Assembly (NCBI GenBank): GCA_032718475.1
Contig: JAUCBJ010008121.1
Coordinates: 1-64,000, forward strand
DNA from: Nemertoderma westbladi
Taxonomy: Eukaryota; Animalia; Xenacoelomorpha
Direction: 5' to 3'
Length of the DNA stretch: 64,000 nucleotides
Positions 1 through 11,654 of the stretch are shown here, one piece after another. Numbering within the stretch: position 1 is the stretch's first letter; every line of letters starts with the position of its first letter. The notes below the pieces were generated by a model, which searched no databases, had not been told where the DNA came from, and saw only the letters and a program-made list of their open reading frames with translations. The translations under genes and the position numbers were made by a program.

Positions 1-262
1 CAACTACTGCTCTAAATAACTGGACCATAAGTTTCCGATCCGAACAAAACAGAAACCTTTGTGGGAAGGCTGATCTTTCCAGTACTGGAACTACTACTGC
101 TCTAAATAACTGGACCTTAAGTTTCCGATCCGAACAAAACAGAAACCTTTGTGGGAAGGCTGATCTTTCCAGTACTGGAACAACTACTGCTCTAAATAAC
201 TGGACCATAAGTTTCCGATCCGAACAAAACAGAAACCTTTGTGGGAAGGCTGATCTTTCCAG
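1..262. repeat. 90-bp tandem repeat, ~2.9 copies, truncated by window start
   Basis: Unit caactactgc...agtactggaa recurs at 1, 91 and 181 nearly identically; contains the 14-bp palindrome TTCCAGTACTGGAA. Confidence 0.95.
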
Positions 263-741
263 TCTGCCTCTTTAGGGCACAATGTGTGAAATATAAAATC
301 TTCTACAATATTTATCTTCTTTATAAATCCGTTCAAGTTGATTGAATAGGGTTGGTGGGCGAAAAAATTGTTGGGCTAGAGACATTCGTATAAAGGGTAT
401 TAAGGTACCAGGAAACAATTGGCGGGGTGTGTTTTTTGTAAAAACACGACTTAACTGTCGAAATGGCGGGTTTATGTAAGCCCATGAAGCCAATTTTGAA
501 AATCGGCTGTTATTGGATGCTACATATTTGACAGTCTGATAATTTCTTATAATGGTTTCTATGGAGGGTGATTTTAGATTCAGTAAAATACACATTTAAT
601 CACAAGTCCCTAAAAGGTGCCACCCTCCTGCTCCAAAGCCCGGGGAATTTAAATGATAGAAAGAGGCAGTGAATTTATTGATATACTGTATGTTTGGCGG
701 TTAATTCAAATTGTCATCTTTCCATTACAACCACACAGTAG

Positions 742-900
742 TGTGGGGCGAGCCACGAAGTGAGCGAAGCCTTAGCATATGGGTACCATTAACGAGTTGT
801 CTGTCGTCGTAAATTTTTGATCGCTAATAACTCGGAAATTCCTTGATGAAATTAAACGAAACCTGGTATGTATGTAGTCCGGCCAAGGTTTAGGAAGAAT
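742..900 (+). mobile_element. End of a dispersed non-autonomous element (possibly Helentron/HINE-like); inverted copy at ~30090-30243, short terminus near 38610-38624
   Basis: tgtggggcgagccacgaagtgagcgaagccttagcatatgggt...aaatttttgatcgctaataactcgg is the reverse complement of ~30120-30243; class inferred only from the associated gacagacga microsatellite. Confidence 0.6.
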
Positions 901-2300
901 CTCAAGTTTGGTCAAAAACGAACGAAAGCAACGAGTTTACATTGAATACGAGTATCCATCTGCCATATATCAGCAGTTTCTCTCACAGTTTCAAGACTTT
1001 GCACAGTTATAAAGGTCGTTAGTCACCGTTTAGGGAAATTATTTTAAGACAAAACAGGACGAGCGCAACGAGACTAATGAAGGAGAAGAGTATTGTAAAA
1101 CTAAAAATGTCATACAGTACTTAACTTAAATAGCCCTAGTTAGAAGGTCTACAAATGACTGTTAAAGTGTGTAAGGGCAAACTGAAATGGATCCATATTT
1201 TTAAAACTAGTTTATCACAAACTGATAGCATCGCCTTCACTCATATATATTTTAGGAAAGACAGTTTTCGTATATCTAATAGAGATTAGTATAATGTACT
1301 TTCTAATTTAGGCTCTGGTGCTGCGCGAAGGCCCCACGAACGTGGACTGTACGTACTCTGTTGGCTGTTGTACATGTACGTACAGTGCACAACACCCAAT
1401 TGATGGAAAGTTTTTACAGACAGTTGACAGAGGCAGAGGCGGGTTTTTTTTTAACTAAAACAATAAACGACCTCGATACCAATAGCGGGGAAGCAACAGG
1501 TTACAGAGGCGGCCTTTCAAACCAAAATAATAAAACTCGATATCGTCCGTTACCTATTGAGGGAATGTAGCTGATTACAGAATGCCATTGAAAATTTATG
1601 CTACAACTAAGACCGTAATTTTACGACAGTACATACTGTAACTGACATCATACTGTCATAATAATAATACAGTACCTATCGCAGTTCGTACTGTAGTACT
1701 GCAGTTTAATTCTTTCTACAGTAGTTTATAGGTTTTTCAGCCAGTGCATAATCTTGTACTTTGGCAGGCTCATGGAGTGAATAAGCATGGTGGACAGCCC
1801 ATGACTTACTTGAGACGCATCTTAAAGGACACTGGCCTTGAAGATGCGGATGATCTAGCCAAGCAAATGTCATGGGTGATAGGGAGTTGTGGCGGCGCAA
1901 TTTTGTCGACGAGCCGGCACAGCATTCTTAAAAATGCAGCTGCAATGCAGCATGCCGATCCTAGTAATAGTAGTAGTATGATTAAACGTAATTAACCAAC
2001 ATTACTGACTGACATTGGGGTTTTCCCTGAAACTACCGGTATAATTTAGTGTGGGTAGGATTAGGGTAGGGTTGTGATACACACCTGTGTGTTGAGCAGT
2101 GTATTATGTTTGGTTTTTATTTTTGTTTATTTTATATTTTATGTTTGTTTGATTTTGATGGCCCTAGCGGCTTTGTAATAATTTTGGGCTAAATGTCCTG
2201 ATTCTATATATTTTTTGTAGTTTGTGGGGTGTAAGTCTCTGATAAAACCTTTGCTATAGTGATCAATATTGTATGATTATCATTCAATTACTGTACATTA

Positions 2301-3269
2301 GTCCAAGGTGTACTAAATAACAGGTCATGCAGCGAGCGGATGAAATTAGCTTGGGCCAATCTTTTCCATATTTATGGCACTATTTTCATAATATTTCCTT
2401 AGAAACTTATTTTATGCTACTTTAGTTAGGTGGAGATGATGACTAGGGTTCATAGAAATGTAATAAAATGTCTTTCTGGAATTTTTATCTTGTGTTGCCA
2501 AGGTAACCGGGTGCAAAGTTCAAATTTCGAGCGCCTGTAATTCAAGACGACAAGGGATTCTGTTCTTGAGATTTGGTATATGAGTAAAGGGAATAAAAGT
2601 CTATCAAAATATTTTAAATTTAAATTTTTTTCAATCCCGTTTCCATGGTGACGGGAATGGCTGTCCTTTATTTCTAATAATTGCTAACCGAAATTTAATA
2701 TTCTGGAATGTGAAAATCATGCTATCACAGATCTTGCTCTCTGATTGGACAGTTTAGTTTATTGGCAAATATTGACTTTTAAAAATATGATTCACAATTG
2801 ACGAATTACAAAATAAAATCTTGGCAATTTTTAACTTATTATTTAGACTGACAAACCGAATAAAAATGGTTTTTATAGAATTGGTAGACAATTTTTCAAA
2901 TTTTTCATTATACTTATTTCCATGGCAACGGGAATGTAAACAAATTCAAATGTAAAATATTTATATAGAATTTGATTTCCTTTAATCACCTACCAAAGCT
3001 CAAGGGAAGAATTCATTGTCGCCTTGAAATACAGACGCGCAAAGTTTGAACTTTGCACCCGGTTACCTTGGCAACTACAAGATAAAAATTCCAGAAAGAC
3101 ATTTTATTACATTTCTATGAACCCTAGTCATCATCTTCACCTAACTAAAGTAGCATAAAATAAGTTTCTAAGGAAATATTATGAAAATAGTGTCATAAAT
3201 AGGGAAACGATCGGCCCACGCTAATTTCATCCGCTCGCTGCTTGACCTATTATTTAGTACAGCTTGCAC
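2301..3269. mobile_element. Foldback/MITE, ~970 bp, ~250-bp TIRs, TA target duplication
   Basis: 2301-2553 is the reverse complement of ~3016-3269; TA at 2299-2300 and 3270-3271. Confidence 0.9.
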
Positions 3270-3594
3270 TAGTCTTAGTCTATTCAAGTATACAATGATA
3301 AAACAGATTTGAATTTGCCGCCAAAATATAGCTGGCAGATCTGATATCCCACCCTTTCCAGTACAAATTATGTGTCTATCAATTATTTGAATTTCCCGGG
3401 CTATGGAGCAGGGCGGCACCTTTTAGGGACTTGTCATTTAATCTCAATCATTTCACACGTGGCTTTTAATCAATTGAAAGCGGAGAGTCTTGCGCGCCTT
3501 TTGACACCACAACTAATTAAATTCATGGTGACGAGAACATTGATTTATTCAATCAATTCACAATTATAAACTCGCAGAATGCCTGACCGTTATG

Positions 3595-4670
3595 CCGAAT
3601 TGTCCGGGACCGAATTGTCCGGAACCTAATTTATTTAGTACTATATAATGGTAAATGTTCTAGAACCTTAATAGATATTATTTTATGGTAGCTAGTGTTT
3701 TTTTACTAGCTAGTATTTTTTTGAAAGTAAAAAAATTTTACTTTTTTTTTGTTAACATCATTAGTTATGGGGTAGCTATGGTGTTTTTATGGACCTTGTG
3801 AATTATTTACTAACTAGTAATAGTGTGTATTTTAAAAACTGATTTTTTAAACTTTATACTGTACACCATGTCCCAGAATATAGTGTCGTAATTCAGAGAC
3901 GCCCCCCCCCCCCCCCTAATTTTTTTACAAATCGTAATGAGATTGCATGAAATTTGAAACAGAGATAGTTTTACCTCCCGACCACTGACTGGGTGAGCCA
4001 GAATTTTTATTTTTGCTTTCAATCTTTAGCTACAAGCGTTTAAAAAAAGTGTCTCCAGCGATATTACACCAGTTACACCGCATTTGTTCTTCTACCATAT
4101 AGCTGTTTGTTGGTACCAATGGAAAGCTGGCCATGCAAGGATTCCAAATATGTAACACAATTTGAATTTCGTGGAAAAATAGCTGAGATATGAGCGATCA
4201 AATGTTGCATGGTTTTGCACCGGCGCGAGGCTATTATATTCTATTTAATAAATAAACCATATTCTGGAACATTTTTTAAATGTATGAATAGCTACGTAAT
4301 ACAGTAGTACAGTATGATTAAATATGTAATGCATTGTTGCCCAGCTACGTATTTGGATAAACAAAATATTCCAGATTATAATGTATTTATTAAATAGAAT
4401 ATAAATAGCCTCGCGCAGGTGCATAACCATGCAAAATTTGAATTAAGTTTAATTTAGTTAAGTAAGTTTAAGTTTTAGTAAGTTTAATTTGGTTTAAGAA
4501 TAACTGCGATGTAACTGGTGTAATATCGCTGGTGACACTTTTTTTAAACGCTTGTAGCTAAAGATTGAAAGCAAAAATAAAAATTCTGGCTCACCTAGTC
4601 AGTGGTCGGGAGGTGAAACTATCTCTGTTTCAAATTCCATGCAATATCATTACGATTTGTAAAAACAGTA

Positions 4671-4702
<32 letters not shown>

Positions 4703-5687
4703 CACTGAATTACGACACTATATTCTGGGACATGGTGTATATTGGTTGGTTAACAAGCCTAAATTATTATCCTATAATCCTACTACAGTAATTATCCTAC
4801 TAGTTAATAGCTGGATCTCATTCAGCGACACTTTGCTGAATTTAGATTAAAAAAAACTGTACTGCCACACGATGTTCTGTCAAACTGTTAAATATCATCA
4901 ATATTTTTGGTACTGTAATTAATATATTCTGCAACAGTTTAGGCCTAATTCTTCTAATTCTGAAATATCAATGTTTTCACAAATTTTTGTATGCGTGCGT
5001 TCGCTGTCTCCGCGCCGGCACTTTGGAACAAACTACCACGCGATATCCGACTCTCAGTCAACCTCGACAAATTTAAACGGTTACTCAAAACTCACCTCTA
5101 TAATCGTGCATTCAACTAAAAACTGTTTTATTCGAACTCATGTATCGTATAACATTATTTTATTTAATTATTTTACAGTACAGTACTCCTGGCCCAAAAA
5201 TAACTACGGGTCTTTTAAACGACATGTATTTTACTTTTTACTTAAGGAGAGTGCTCAGCGCTTAGAATAATTACTTGTTTTTTAAATAAGCGCTTTATAA
5301 ATATTGAATTATTATTATTATTATAATTTCAAAAAATGCTAGCTAGTAAAAAAACACCAGCTACACCTTAATAAATAATACAGGTATATTATAATGTTCT
5401 CGAACACTTACCAATAACAAAAATAAAAAAAATAGTTTATTTTTAAAATTAAAAAAATTCTATCTAGTAAAAAAACACTAACAACCATAAAAAAATATCA
5501 TAAAAAATACTAATGTTCTAGAACATTCACCAATATCAAAAAGGCACTAAAAAGTTGCTATCAGGAACCGGACAATTCGGTCCCGGACAATTCGGTCCCG
5601 TAAAAAGGTCCTATTTATTTAGTGTTTTGGGGCCGAATTGCCCGGGACCGAATTGTCCGGACCTAATCGTCCGGGACCGAATTGTCC
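3595..5687. mobile_element. Composite inverted-repeat element with 15-bp subrepeats (GGGACCGAATTGTCC), hosting a nested MITE
   Basis: 15-mer arrays at 3595-3625, 5566-5600 (inverted) and 5633-5687; 3650-3730 is inverted relative to 5325-5415 and 5450-5535. Confidence 0.6.
3864..4737. mobile_element. Palindromic MITE family A, copy 1 (CACCATGTCC...GGACATGGTG), TA TSD
   Basis: ~230-bp TIRs including polyC/polyG tracts; TA flanks at 3862-63 and 4738-39. Confidence 0.9.
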
Positions 5688-5689
5688 TA

Positions 5690-6619
5690 CATCCATGTCC
5701 TGGAATGTCGTTTTTCAGGTATCTGCCCCACCCCCCCCCCCCCCCCCCCCCAAATTTTTCTACAAATCTTAATGAGACTACTGTACATTAAATTTGAAAT
5801 ATAGATAGTTTCACATCCCTCCTCCTCCGTGGGTGAGCCAGAATTTTTATTTTTACTTTCAATCTTTAGCTACAAGTATTTGAAAAGGGTGTTACCGGCG
5901 ATATTTCACAGGTCATCCCGCAATCATTCTTCAACCTTATAGCGATTTGATGGTATCAATAGAAAGCTGCCCATGCATGGATTCCAAATACTGTATGTGA
6001 ATACATTTGAATTTGGTTGGGAAATAGCTGATATATGGGCATTCGAATGTTGCATGTATTTACTTCCCCTGCAGGCCATTTATTCTATTTAATAAATGTA
6101 GCATATTCTAGAACATTTTGTTTATTCCATACGTAGCTGGGCAACAATGTAATACCTTTTTAATTATACTATTACGTAGCTATACATAAATAAACAAAAT
6201 GTTCTAGAATATGGTATTTTTATGAATAACGATGCATGATGCAGATCATGCAGATGCAAAACCATGCAACTTTTGAACGCTCATATCTCAGCTATTTTTC
6301 AACGAAATTCAAATTGTGTTACATATTTGGAATCCTTGCATGGCCAGCTTTCCATTGGTACCAACAAATCCCTATAAGGTTGACGAATAACTGGAAGGTA
6401 ACTGGTGAAATATCACCGGAGACACCTTTTTTAAACAACTTGTAGCTAAAGATTAAAAGCAAAAATAAAAATTCTGGCTCACCCACGGAGAAGAAGCGGA
6501 GGTGGAACTATATGTATTTCAAATTTCATGTAATCCCATTAAGATTTGTAGAAAACTTTGGGGGGGGGGGGGTAGGTACCTGAATAACGACACTACAGTA
6601 TATGTTCCAGGACATGGTG
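5690..6619. mobile_element. Palindromic MITE family A, copy 2
   Basis: Alignable to 3864-4737 throughout; almost fully self-complementary around ~6160; TA flanks; further fragments at ~23770-23936 and ~37969-38000. Confidence 0.9.
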
Positions 6620-7039
6620 TAATCCAGTAACTAATTACCGTGCTGCCGTGTTATTTTGGTGCAGCATAATATAATAGAAAGATGTCGAGATGCAGTGTAT
6701 TATATCATATTGTATCTCTTACTACATATCGAAACACATATCGAATATACAGTACTGCAGAAGTATACTGTATCTCATTAAAATTCAATAACAAAAGCGA
6801 CATATTTTGGCCATTATGGGTAAAATATGCGTTCGACTTCTTTTGGTCATTATAGATAATTGTATTCCGTCCGGATACAGTGGGTTATATTATATTCAGT
6901 ATTTTTTAATTTATAATAACACCGATCTAAGTTGGCGTTCTTATTGAGCTGTAAACGGGAACTCCCGTTCGAGGCAGAAAATGGGCGGAATTTTTGGAAA
7001 ATTTGGGTTTGCCCCAACGTCCGACACCATGGAATTAAC

Positions 7040-7880
7040 CACATGTGTTTTCGTGGTCGCGGATTTCATTTCTGGGGTCAGTTTTCAACAAATTTGACGT
7101 AATCTAGTTTCTCTGTCTGTTTTTCCGTCTGTCGGTCTGTATGTCAAAAAACAAAACGAATCACACTACGAACTACAATTTTCACTGTTGGGGGTTTTTA
7201 AGGTTCATGATTTCATTTCTGGTGTTATCTTTCCTGTTTGGAGGAGTCTATTATGCCTGTATATTTGTCTGTCAGTCGATCTGTCTGTCAAGAAAGATAT
7301 ACAGACAGACTTAAACAGACAGTCTAGGTTCATGCAATTATTAAAAATGACGTGAGAAATGAAATCAGCAACTAGGAAAACCCCCATATCAGAAATTATA
7401 GTAAAGTGATGTGTTTACTTATATTTTATCTGTGACACCGACAGTAAGTCAGACAGACAGACAAACAGACAGATAGACATACAGACAGTCTAGATGTCAT
7501 CAAACATTAAAACATATATTAGAAATGAAATCAGCGACTAGGAAAACCCCCATATCTGAAATTGTATTCAGGTGACATGCCTCCTTATATTTTGACTGAC
7601 GGACAGACAGACATAAAATCAGACAAACAGACATTCTAGGTTCAGTCAAATATTAAAATTGACATCGGAAATGTAATCAGCGACTAGGAAAACCCCCATA
7701 TCATAAATTATAGTGATGTGGTGTGCTTACTTATTTATTGTCTGTGAAATTGGCAGTCGGACAGAGAGATCAGACAGAATGACAGACAAACAGACAGACA
7801 GGCATTCCAGATGTCATCAAACATTAAAACAGATATCAGAAATGAATTCAGCGACTACGAAAATCCCTTAATCGTAAATT
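7040..7880. repeat. Diverged ~145-170-bp tandem array with (CAGA)n microsatellites: four direct and two inverted copies
   Basis: Core gaaatgaaatcagcgactaggaaaacccccatatc near 7356, 7522, 7668 and 7839; inverted cores near 7055-7075 and 7190-7220. Confidence 0.75.
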
Positions 7881-8543
7881 TTGGTTCGCTGGAGTTGTTT
7901 ATTTCCTGCGTTTTACATAAAATTAGCGGGAAGGTTTGAAAACTTAAAATACGTTTTTCTCGGCATCTTATTTTTCGTGAAATTTTGAAATAAATGTACC
8001 TTTTTCTTGATTGCTTGATGGAATTTGCTGAAATTTTCGCAGCAGGTTTGTTGTAGTGAGACTCAATTGTGGAACCTCAAAAAACATATGTTTAGAACAA
8101 TTATCAAATGTATTTCTAATATAAACTAATTTGTCATTTTCTGGTTTGTGGTTCAATTAAGTGACCCTCAAACATAGATACAAAATAAATTTTCAGGTTC
8201 CAGGTTTAAAAGGTTCCAGGTGTGTCTCGATAGTTACTCCGCCCTTCTGGAAATTTTCATGAAATTCCATCTTGTAGAACGAGCGTAATGGGTACACATG
8301 TGTTAATAGTAAAATGTATGGGGATAGCCTGGGGTACCATCTCCCCTTAAACAATGGTAGCTACACAGATAAGGTTGCTGGTAAAGAACAGTTGTCCAAT
8401 TATTGTTTATGTAATTGCCATCTTTGATTGCCTTTCTGAAAAAATGTATATAAGAATAGGTTTTTTGGAGAATTTACAACAGTTTCTCATATGATTTCCT
8501 TCTTAAACCATGTGAGAAATTTACTCGTTAAGTGTCTGCAATG

Positions 8544-8730
8544 GTGTCGGCGTAGTGTGGACCTTGTGTCGGCATGATGTCACCGTTGAATCCGTGTCAT
8601 ATCTGAGTGATGTCGGCACAGTGACTGCATGTTGATGTCGGCACAGTGTCGGCGTGTTTTTTTCGGCGTTGTTTAGTAATATCGGTGCACTGTAGTTGTA
8701 AACGTGGTGTCAGAGTATAGGGTCGCCGTG
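8544..8730. repeat. Short (G/A)TGTCGGC motif array
   Basis: tgtcggc and close variants recur about seven times within ~190 bp. Confidence 0.6.
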
Positions 8731-10249
8731 TGGTATTAGTTTTATATGGCCTATTTTTATATCAACATTCATTTTCACGGTATAGGCTAAAGTGTTACCG
8801 GTGCGGTGGTCTGGTAGATCAGAATCAAACTAAACATGATTTCTCTTTTATAGTTGTCATTTTAAATTTTGAACATTGAGTTTTTTCAAGATTGTACTAA
8901 GGGTCGGTTTTACTCAAAATTGTAGTATATTGTATAGGCCTATGTTTCAATATTTACAGTAATATATCATTACAACATGATGTAGAGAACATCGCAAAAA
9001 TAGCTAAAAATAAAATGAAAAATATCGCAAAATTAGCTTGTTTTTGATAAAATTGCGATTTCTCAAAAATAATGAAGCTTGGTTATATACGGTCATGACC
9101 TACTATAGATACGACCCGCTAAGCTGCTGCAAAGCCCCTAAATTTAGTGGGCCAGTTATTTCTCTTAGTTATAATCCCTGAAATAATAGGTCTAGCTCGT
9201 CGAAAGTACTGGTCCCCAGCTAAAATTATGTCCTCTTTCAGGTGAGAGTGAGACAAATAAAAATTTAAAAGCTCCAGTAATTTTCGAGATATGAGGAGTT
9301 CCTGGCACCCATGCCATACAGTATCAGCACCTTTCGGAATTGGGAAAAATACTCAAAATACAGTATACCACCCTTCAAAGACTTTGGTATAGCCATACTA
9401 TGCTTTTTTGATTTGTTAAATTTATTATTAGTAATCGAAAGTGAGATTAGAAACAAAATTGAATCTTTTATTTTTAATAGACACTAAAACAGCACCAAAA
9501 ATGCAAGTAGCTCAAAATTTTAAAATAGCCAAAAGTGGTAAATTGGTCGCATAGTTAGGCTACTGAGGTTTTAGAATGTGCTGATTTCATTGGCAAGGTT
9601 TATAAAATTTTGCAATTGTCAAAAATGATACGAAAATGACAAGTTTCATCCATTACAAGCAATTTCATTGCAAACTTATTTCCAAAAATGGCGTTTATTA
9701 TGTTCTTAGTAATGAAATTTTGTTGCTATTCACTATTTACACATTACTATTCACATTATTCACTTTGTTACAAATAGTTACAAATAAAAAGAGACTATAG
9801 AAGGTCATGCATGATACGGTATTATTACCCTGCATATATTATTTTATTGTTTTTATATCCATCCAATGCCAAATTTATTAGAATATTAAGAATAAATAGC
9901 AAAGAGAATGGAGGGGGTGTGGGGCGTTAATTAATAGAAACGACAACGAGTAGCCTATATACTGTACAGTACTGTAGTATATACTGTATAGTAGAGTATT
10001 TAAAGAATGGATCACTCCCAACATGATTTGAATACTTACTAAAAGGAATGTTCTTTATTCGTGAAGTAGACCACGGTGTCGAAACTGGTGATTAACTTGG
10101 GCTCCGCTGCAATCTACTATACTATAGGACTACAGTACAGTCGTACAACGCCTGAGGGAGAATACTGTGTACTGTATGGTAGAATTTTCGGGGGCGGGGG
10201 GGAGGGGGGGGGATTCTACATACATACAACACCGATGCAGTAGGATGGG

Positions 10250-10563
10250 TGCAATCTTCGCCCGCGTACAACCTTCGCCCGCGTACAACCTTCGCCCGCG
10301 GGAAAACCTTCACCCGCAGGGCAATCTTCGCCCAATAAAATTTGTGTTAGTAACCATTTTAGTAACAAATTGAGGGAAAGGAGCAGGATACAGAGACGGC
10401 TTTTTCTAACTAAAACAATAAACGATGGTGTTACTAATAGATGGAAAGTAACAGGTTACAGAGACGGTTTTTTTCTAACCAAAACAATAATTGTTTATTG
10501 GGCGAAGGTTGTTCGCGGGCGAAGATTGCCTGCGGGCGAAGCTTTCCCGCGGGCGAAGTTTGC
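10250..10563. mobile_element. MITE with inverted arrays of ~17-bp subrepeats (CTTCGCCCGCG core)
   Basis: Five cttcgccc units on the left, four gggcgaag units on the right; internal ctaactaaaacaataaacga segment also at ~1450, ~25250 and ~43540. Confidence 0.75.
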
Positions 10564-11654
10564 TGCGTACCATGCAGTATAGTATCCTATAGGCTTCTCT
10601 TCCTCAAGTCCGCCTTTTTAATTTTCCAATTGGTTTGGGCGTTTATTCAAGGTTGCGATATGCTTAAATTCCTAATTATTGTTGTGTTACAGACTTACAG
10701 TAGAGAGGTGCGTTGATGTATATAGAGCAGTTCAGTGGTACTGTAGTAGTTGACGTAGCGAGGGGATCATGGGGGAAGGGTGCACAGTCCATTATGGAAC
10801 CACGCCCCCTAGCTCCACCCCTAGTCGTGTGGAAGGTAATCTGAAATAAATTATGTGTTAAAGAAGTGTTTTAAGAAAATTCCCGCACGCTTTGAATACC
10901 ATCATTAAAAATGCAGATTAATGATTAGTTAGGCCTACATTAAAAATAATCAAAAGCATAAAGGATATTATTCCGTTCTTACTTTTAATATTTTTGTCCA
11001 CCACCCGCCGCGCCCGCCCATCTCTTAGTGGGGCTCTGGCTCTGCCCCTCCAAATTGTAAAATCAATGATAGGACTATGTTACTAGGGTGTAGCACTACC
11101 CATTGTACTGTATGCCATTTCTGTGTGTACTGTATCAACTGTATCCTAACCAATCCGTTTTTGCGCTACTGTGCAATTTTTACCGCAGCGTAGAGTAACT
11201 CAACCAATCACTGAGTATTTCGAGAATTAGATTATTTTTTGAACATTATACATTAAAAGGAAATATCTCTGTTAACATTATAACATTTTTAAAACCGGGT
11301 TTCTACTGTATGATATGAAATAGTAGGAAAAAAAGCACTAGAAACAAACGGGAACTTTCATTTAGTGTTTTTCACACATTCCCACGCACTTTTATTTCAA
11401 TTCAGCACATTTTTACCGCGCACTATTTCAAATCTGTGCGCAATTGTTGCACTCCATTTGCAGCCGGGATTGCGTGATGAGTCTCTGATAAATACTGAAA
11501 TACTGTCAGACTGTACATACGTGCAGACGTACATTAGAATACATAAATACGGTAGGGCCTACATAAATTACTGTACATACGTACATTACAGCACTAGAAT
11601 ACAGGAATACATAAATAAATACGGTACCGTACATAAATTAATTACTGTGTGATC

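Noticed and set aside
1-262. CRISPR-like array
   Set aside because: Units are identical end to end with no unique spacers and no cas genes; this is an ordinary tandem repeat
272-10716. Short 60-110-aa ORFs in the left 11 kb
   Set aside because: They lie within MITEs or AT-rich DNA, often start at non-ATG codons, and show no domain motifs
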